Below the pieces are notes generated by a model, which saw nothing but the letters and a program-made list of their open reading frames with translations, made no database searches and was not told the origin of the DNA. Shown one piece after another: positions 24,901 through 32,778 of a stretch of 45,680 nucleotides of DNA (its first letter is position 1; each line of letters opens with the position of its first letter). The DNA lies in contig JAZDID010000120.1 of the NCBI GenBank assembly GCA_043805315.1, positions 1-45,680 of the forward strand. The letters are read 5' to 3'. Origin of the DNA: Nanobdellota archaeon. GTDB lineage: Archaea; Nanobdellota; Nanobdellia; Woesearchaeales; JAHJEM01. Position numbers and translations under genes: made by a program.

Positions 24901-27900
24901 ATTCGATCATGCCCTCCGATCTTGTCGGCGCTGTGGATTTCTATGATTCCTTCAATAGGTTCTCGTTCAGTGCCAATGGGGAGAGGAAGAATTTCACGTT
25001 CCGGTTCTCGTCAGAGAGGCCGATCGCCGCGACCCTCGTCTGGTATGACCTTCCTGCCGCTGCAGCGACAGGCGGAGGTGTCGCGCTGATCAATGATCTC
25101 GATATGGAGATGATATCCCCGTCAGGCACCTGGTATAAAGGGGGGAATTTCGCAGGAAATTTTGTCGGAGGAATAACCCAAAGCGGAATCGCGGGAAAGG
25201 ACAGCAGAAACACCGTTGAAAAAATCATCGTCAGGGACGTGGAGGACGGCTTTTACAATTTCTCAATTCGGGCCCATAGCCTGCAGGCAGGCTCAACCCA
25301 GACCTTTGCCCTCGTCGTCTCGCAGCTCTTAGGTCTCGATGCAGCAAACAGGACCAATGTCACCCACTATTTTCCCGTTGGGAACAAAGTCTATGCAGAA
25401 GCGATCGGCTTAAAAAACAATACCCAGATTGAGCTCGTCGTGGTCGCCAACAGGCCGGTGTTCAAGTGGAATTCCACTGTCCAGGTCACGAATGGCGCCA
25501 GCCAGGGAGTCGGCGGATTCAAGTTCATCACCCAAACGCTCGTCCAAACAACAAACAATGGCACGCTTCCAGACCCTACAGAGATCTGGGATACTGCCGG
25601 GAAAGAGAATGAGGTCTGGGCATCCAATGGCATGTTCAACATCTTTGTCAATTACGGTCCCGGCCACCCGATCTATTTCAATAAGAATGTTGACGTGATC
25701 GACTACCACAAGAAGGTCGGTTTCAGGGTCGGCATCGCCAACTCCTCAAACACCCTCGGGGGCAACTTCTCTGACAACTTCACCTATGGCAGTCCGATCT
25801 TCATCAAGGGGGTCGGGTTTGAGCCCGGCAATGTGACGGTGTATGCGGTCAAGGACATCAATGCCTGGGTTGAGGATGCTCCCTTTGCTGATGTGGTGGA
25901 AAAGAAAGAAGGCGTCATCATAGGCAATGACGGCTTCTTCACGGCAAACGTATGGGATGCGCCAGAAAAGACAGAGACAGGAGATTATGATCTTGTCGTA
26001 GACGTTAACAATGACGGAAAATACCAAGCGTCAATTGATGTCATCGACGGAAAGACAATGAAGGGTTTCGTCGTCTCCTGCAAGCCAGGAGAAGTGTGCG
26101 GCGCTGTTGCGGCTGCAGACGCCTCAAGGGATGTCCAGGACGACTTCAACAAAGGAGATCCAGTTTTCGCCATCGGAAATCTTTACATCAGCCCCGGCCT
26201 TCTTTGGGTGCCGCCGGCCATTAATTTCTACAAGGTCTTCTCAAACTCGCCGGTTGAGGACCTTAACGGGGCGCCGCTCGTTGATGTCACTGGCGCGCCG
26301 ACGCCAATTAACGCGCCCAAAGGCCAGTTTATCAATATTAACACGCAGATATGGTCGTCAGCAGACCGTGAGGACGATTATGAGCTCATCCTCGATGTTG
26401 ACAATGACGGCATATTCAACATCTCCACAGATCTCTATGACCCGAACGGATTTGTGGTCACGAGGGAGATAAAGGACCCGCGCATCGCCGTGGACAGCCA
26501 AGGCAGCATCCACGTGGTCGCCTTGGAAAATGAGAAGGTGCCTGGCTACCCGAACCTGAAGAAGACGAACGTCCTCTACGCAAAGGTCCCTGCAGGGAGT
26601 GTCAAGATGGACTTTGAGCACCCTGAGCTGTTCGATTGGAGCGAGAGCCAGGCGGTCGTCTTCAGGACGATCTCTGAGAACTACGGCGGCACGGTGTACT
26701 TCCCTGACATTGCGGTCGACGCGAACGACGAGCCCTACATCATCTACAGCAGGTGGATATCGGAATTCCAGTGGCTCATCATCAGGAAACTGGACAAGAA
26801 TGGCAACAGGGACACGTGCTATGACCGTTCAGACCAGCTCACGCCGCCGGCGCCTGATAAGTCAAACTGCGATGGGAACGGCCTCGACCTATTAATCTAC
26901 CATTGGGACGATTTCGAGGACATCAAGCTCAACTGGCCAACAATAGCAGTAGATAAAACCACGAACCAGCCAGTCATCTCGGCAGAGGTCAGCATGATCT
27001 ATCCAGACGCGTTCTACTACACGCAGATCTACCCGCTCTGCTTCATCGGCTACCAGCCTATCTTCATCGGCCCGCTCATGCAGTTTGGCATCATCCCGTA
27101 TTTCCCGGTCCTCCAGGCAGGAGTCGTCACATTCTATGGAGATTCATTGCAAGTCGCCCGTCGTGTGCCAGGAAGCGCAGGCACCGCGCAGTGGCCGTAT
27201 TCTGTCTCTCAGTTCCCTGACGCAGCGAGGAGGTACGGGGCAGCGGCGACTGAGGTGAATGCCTGCCTTTGGGACGTCGCCACCTCAGGCTATCGGACTG
27301 ACGACAACTGGAAATGGATCACTGTCTCGCAGGTCCCACGGCTCGGCCTGTATTACGACACATCAAAAGTGGACACAGACAAGGACGGCAATATCCATGT
27401 TGTCTTCCGCCAGGGCAGCAACCTCAACTACTCGAAGATTGTCGGCTATGCTCCTGACTTCAACATTAAGATTGATGGCGGCGCTCCTCCCGCGCTGTGG
27501 TTCCCTTGGCTTGATGTCGACCTTGAAGGAAGGGGTCACGTGGCCTGGCAGAGCGGCAGCAAAGTGTATTATACTATTATTGATCCTGCTGGCAGTGCGG
27601 GAACCAAGCAGCTGGTAGCGAACCTGAATTCTCTTGACAGTTTTTCCAGGCCATCGGTGGCTGCTGACGGAGAGGGCGATCCGCACATCTCATGGAAAGA
27701 CAAGGGAAGCGATAGCAAGGACAAGCTCATGTATCGGAAGGGAGAGAATACTGGAGGCTCGGTCTCATTCCTTGACCCTGCCACTATTTTGGTGGATGCA
27801 GGCAATTTCACAGGAGCCTCTGGGCAGATCACGTATCCTGTGCTCGATACGAACAAGCTTGCTCAAGGCAAAGATTGGGAAGACAAAGTCACTGTCGGCT

Positions 27901-30900
27901 GGATCGATATCCAAGATTTGACCTTCTTCAAGGTCAAGCAGACGCTGCCACATGTCACCCTCCTGCTCATCCTCGACGGGATAGACAAGGAGTTCCTTGA
28001 TAACAACCTGCAGAACATGCCCAACCTTGCGCAGCTCATCAACGACAACCCGATACTGGATGCGAGCGTGCTCACGCCATTCCCAGGCACCACGATGTCG
28101 ACCCAGGCAGCCATGTTCACGGGAGTCAAGCCCAAGACCCATCATGTCATCGGGGATAACTTCAAGGCAAGCCAGGCATATTATTTCATGCCTGAATCAG
28201 GCGGCAGTCCCAATGATGCAGATGAGGTGAACAACGTCCTGCAATCCCCTCCCCTTTCAACGGTGTTCGATTCCTTGACCACTGCCAAGAGGAGCAAGGC
28301 AGGCATCCCCGCCATCATCCGGAAGGGCATCCAGGGCAACAGGCCAGACCACAACCCGGCCATCACTATTGATTTCTCCACAGGCACTGTCGATGAGTCA
28401 GACCGTACCCAATATCTCCAGGACCTCAAGAATAATGATGACCAGCCTGGAAATGACGTCGCCGAGCTCGTTGTGGCGTACCTGCTCACACACGACCACG
28501 GGATCAGCGACAATCCCACTGCATCAGGCCTCCACCTTGCAGCGCTCGACCAGAAGATCGGAGACATCATCCAGAAGCTCAAAGACAACAACATCTACAA
28601 TGACACCATCTTCATCATTACCTCAGACCATGGCTTAGTGGATACGATCAAGGATGACAACCACAGCCTTTCATTCTCAGACATCCCTGCATTGGACAAT
28701 CCTCAAGGCATTGCGCTCAATCCGCTGTTCCCGAACGGCAGGGTCGCATATTCTGATGACGGTCTCGATGCTGCAAAAGTGTACTATAACAATTCCGTGG
28801 TGAACATGGACAGCCCGTGGTACCAAGCCATCTCGCGGGTCATTGTCAAGCAAGGAGGAGCCTATTATGACTATAGTTTCAATGGGATGCAAGACGTCCT
28901 CACCCCTGCGACCGACCAATTCCTCGAAGACATGACGTACGGCACGAGCCCGAACATGATACTCATCGCATCGCCGGACTACTACTTCCAGACTCCTCAA
29001 GAAGCCATCTCCGGTGACCAAGAGATCGTGCCTTTCCTCATCACCGGGCCAGGCTTTGGCCTTTTTAGCAGGGGGAACAATAACATCCCAGGACAACTCG
29101 AGGCGGTCGATGTCGCTCCGACACTAGCCTTCTTCACAGGAGGACAAGAGGCAGTTGACCTCATGAGCGGCATTGATGGCGAGAATTTTTATGATCCAGC
29201 ACTCGTCATCCAAGGGGGGTCTCCAGTGGACTTCCATCTGTACGACAGCCTGGGAAGGCACGTCGGGCCCGACGAGTTCGGCAACATCGAGGTGCAGATT
29301 CCGAGCGCAGACTACAGCATAGATCCTGAGACTGGCAAGATCACCATCAGCCTCCTCCAGGCCCCGGACACCTACCTGCTCGATGTCGACAGCTATGGCT
29401 GGGGTAAGTTCGGCCTCTCGGTCAGGAAGAAGACAGGCAATGAGACCTTTGATCTCACTTTCCCGCGCACATCCATCTCGCCAAATTCTTTTGCAAACCT
29501 TGACCTCTCTACCATGGAGTTCCGACTGGACTTTGAGGGTGACGGGACATTTGAACGCATGATAGACCCTCCGGAATCCATCATCATTGTTCAGGATGAG
29601 CAGAACAACAGGGCAACGGCACGCATCCTCACGCTCGCTGCACGAGAGCCTGCGAGCATGGACTTGAGCAGGGCAACCGGCGTCATATTCGATGTGAAGA
29701 ACAAGCAGGGAATCACTGACGGGCAGATCGATGTGCAGCGGTTTTCTGACCAAAGTCTCACCCAAACAGGGTTCTACACCTTCGGAAATTATGTGGTGGT
29801 CAACATCAGCGACAACGTGCTCACGAATGCGAAGTTCACCAAGCTCACGATCATCTATCCAGAGTACCTGCTCTTTCAGAACAACCTCTCTGAGAAATCA
29901 CTTGCGGTCTATGACAAGCAGACCGGACAAAGATTCCTGTCAAGCGTCGATGGGGAAAAGAACAGAGTGACTGTCTTGATCAACAGTTCAGGAGAATACT
30001 TGCTGGCGAGCACAGACCTCATTCCGATGATGGATGATATCACCGTCACTCCGCAGGCGACTAACATCATCAATGCCCCGGTGCAGGTCTCTGTGAAGAT
30101 CAGCGATGACAGCCTGATCACTGGGGCTAACGTGACCCTGGGGAACAGGACAGAGCCTTTAGTGTTCAATAGCGGGTCAGGACGGTATGAGGCAGTCATC
30201 ACCGGGCCAGACATCTCAGCGACCTATCCTGTCTTCATCACAGCCCAGGACGACACCGAGAACATCGTGATGCGGCAGGCAGAGTTCAAGCTTGATCTCG
30301 ATGCCCCAGTCATCAGGATCCTCTCACCCCGGAACATTTCTTACACGACAAACAGGATCATGTTATCGTTCTTCACTGATGAAGTCGCTGACCTCTCACT
30401 TTCGATTGATGGATCTCCTTCAACACCGCTTAACAGCACCGCATCATTCAAGATCAATACGCTCCAGCTCACGCTTCCTGGAGGCAACCACTCCCTGACC
30501 ATTAACGCATCAGACGTGTTTGCCAACAATGGCATAAAAACAGTCTCGTTCGAAGTGGAGAAGGAGAATGTCCTGCTCTCTGACCTGGAAGTGCCGATGT
30601 TCGAGAAGCCTGGCATCCCAGTCCCGATACAGGCTGTCGCGGCGAATACCATGATGGATCCGGAACAGAATGTGCTGGCCCAGCTCTTGCTCAATGGCAA
30701 TGTGAGCCAGCAGACAGCGCTCAACATCTCGGGAGAATCGAGTGTGAATGTCTCGTTCCTCATCACGCCGCCTGAAGGGAGGTACACGCTCACGCTCAAA
30801 CTGCTCCCATTGCCAGAAGAGCGGGTGATTTTGGATAATGAGCTCTCGCAAGAGATCCTTATCACGAGCAAGATCCCGGTCCTAATCATCGCTGATGACC

Positions 30901-32732
30901 CTGCAGCGAACCAGTCAGTCTACCAGAATGCCATCAGCCAGGCAGGTGGCCTGGGATACGACTATTTGAGATATGACGTGAGCCAGAAAGGCCCTCCCAG
31001 TTTCCCTCTGCTCGACGGATTCCCTCTTGTACTCTGGCTCACCGGAGGGTCGCAGACCTTGACCCCGCTCGAGATCAACAGCCTGAAGTCCTACCTCGAC
31101 ACGCGAGGCAACCTGCTCATCTTCAGCAATGACATGGCTGCAGAGCTCGCGGATACAGACTTCTACAAGAATTACCTTGCCGCAGAGTTCAGGAGGCGTG
31201 CCAGTTCCACCACTATTGAAGGCGCGTTCAGGGATGCCATCGGTGCAGGCATGCTGTTCAGCATATTCGAACCAGGAGACGAGATCAAGCCGAGGATTGG
31301 TGCAACTGAATCATTCCGGTATTCTGGAGGAGAATCTGCTGCGATTAAGTATGACAGCGGTGTGTTCAAGACCGTCTATTTCACATTCGGCCTGGAGGAT
31401 GTGAATGACACAGAATCCCGGCAAATGATTATGGATAGGACGCTTGGCTATTTCAACATCGACATCCAACCACCAGGCATCACGAACATCGAGCCAGGGC
31501 TGAATGCGACATTCCCCATCAACACCAGCACCATCACGCTCTCGCTGCAGACGAATGAGTTCGCAGAGTGCAGGTACTCAGACACGATAACGCTCTTCGG
31601 CAGCATGTCCTTATTCGCGAGCACGAACAGCACCCAACACTCGACTCAGCTCAATAATCTTGCGAACGGGAACAATTACCTGTTCTTCATCAACTGCCGC
31701 GATGTCTTCAGCAATGAGAACAAGCAGCACACAGCGGGGTTCTTTATCTACAACAGGACATTCTTCCCGCCAGTTTTGCAGGACGTAGCCAGCCAGAGCG
31801 CTGATGAGAACACGCTTGTCCAGATCCCGCTCATTGTCTCTGACCCTGAGAACGATCCTCTCTCTCTGACCCTCTCAGACGTCGAGATCGTCGGCGTGGT
31901 TCCCATCGCCAGCAGATTTACCCTGCAGAACTCGACCTTCAGGTTCCAGTCGAACTTCAACGACGCAGGGATCTACAAGCTCCGCGTCACTGCCTCTGAC
32001 GGCTTTGAGAGCGTCTCGCGGGATTTCTTCCTCACAATCAACAACGTCAACCGCGCACCAGTGCTGGCATCCATCGGGAATAGGCAGGTCTTCGAGGACA
32101 GCCTCTTCACCCTTGATGCTGATGCAAGCGACCCTGACAATGACAACCTCATATTCACCGATGACAGCGGATTATTCGCGATCAACCCTGCGACTGGACT
32201 CGTCACATTCACGCCGAAGAACGAGCAGGTCGGCAGCCACCTGATCACTCTCACGGTGTCTGACTCCAACCTCTCTGACTCTGAAGTGTTCACCTTGACA
32301 GTCGTCAACACCAACGATCCTCCGATTGCCGCGTTCATACCGCCTCAGGCTGTGCAGGAAGGCAATCCGTTTGTCTTGCAAGTGAATGCATCTGACCCTG
32401 ACAACAACACCCTCACCTACAGCGATGACACCGACCTGTTCAACATCTCCCAGACCGGCCTGGTCAGCTTCACCCCAACGAACGCAGATGTCGGGACGCA
32501 TATCATCAACATCACGGTCTCAGACAGCATCGCCGCAGTGTCACGCCTGCTGAACCTCATCGTGACAGAGACCAATGCCGCGCCGATCATCACCAGCATG
32601 CCATACATCATCACCGTCAATCCAGGAGGTATCCTCGAGATCAATGTGACTGCGTGCGATCCTGACGTGAATCCAGCCTGTACACTAAAACAGCAGAAAG
32701 AACCGCCAATAGAGTCTATCAACATTCCCTAA
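21954..32732 (+). CDS. Giant (3592 aa) secreted multidomain protein: beta-helix, TSP3 repeats, discoidin, subtilisin S8 protease, propeller-like repeats, NPP/alkaline-phosphatase-type phosphodiesterase, Ig-like/CARDB modules, cadherin-like repeats
   Basis: Uninterrupted ORF with GAGG 10 nt upstream of the ATG and a signal-like N-terminus [17 protein letters not shown].
- Beta-helix-like repeats: ~22060-22500.
- TSP3 Ca-binding repeats: [26 protein letters not shown] (22527-22745) and a second set at 23195-23335.
- F5/8-type-C-like domain ending INEIEVYG: 22780-23160.
- S8 and NPP domains: listed as separate features.
- Repeated D-x-x-G-x-x-H-[VI] blades: 26470-27900.
- CARDB-like module: ~30590-30860.
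- Four cadherin-like ~95-aa repeats ([10 protein letters not shown].., [10 protein letters not shown]..): 31750-32640. Confidence 0.95.
   Translation: [3592 protein letters not shown]
23950..24900 (+). other. Subtilisin-family (S8) protease domain with an intact catalytic triad, inside the 3592-aa protein
   Basis: Asp in [10 protein letters not shown] (codon at 23979), His in DGHGTHTLG (24075), Asn in SAGNNGPG, Ser in [11 protein letters not shown] (24678). Propeptide-like region upstream and a P-domain-like LINDLDMEM segment downstream. Confidence 0.88.
27945..28650 (+). other. Nucleotide pyrophosphatase/phosphodiesterase (alkaline-phosphatase superfamily) domain, inside the 3592-aa protein
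   Basis: Motifs [11 protein letters not shown] (metal Asp), [29 protein letters not shown] (Thr nucleophile context; compare the NPP pattern P-T-x-T-x-P-N-H-x-x-x-x-T-G-x-x-P-x-x-H-G-I) and FIITSDHGL (D-H metal ligands). Confidence 0.75.
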
Positions 32733-32778
32733 ATCACCCATCCTGCTCACATCAAAATCAATATTGGAGGCAACCAAC

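Noticed and set aside
30714-30727. Extra copies of the 13-mer box inside coding sequence (ACAGCGCTCAACAT at 30714-30727 and AACAGCGCTCAAC at 44798-44810, plus CGCTCAACAG at 44839-44848)
   Set aside because: The copies at 30714 and 44798 both encode T-A-L-N in frame ([16 protein letters not shown]), using what seem to be the common codons in T/A/L/N-rich repeat proteins. Codon usage is a sufficient explanation, so I did not count them as regulatory sites.
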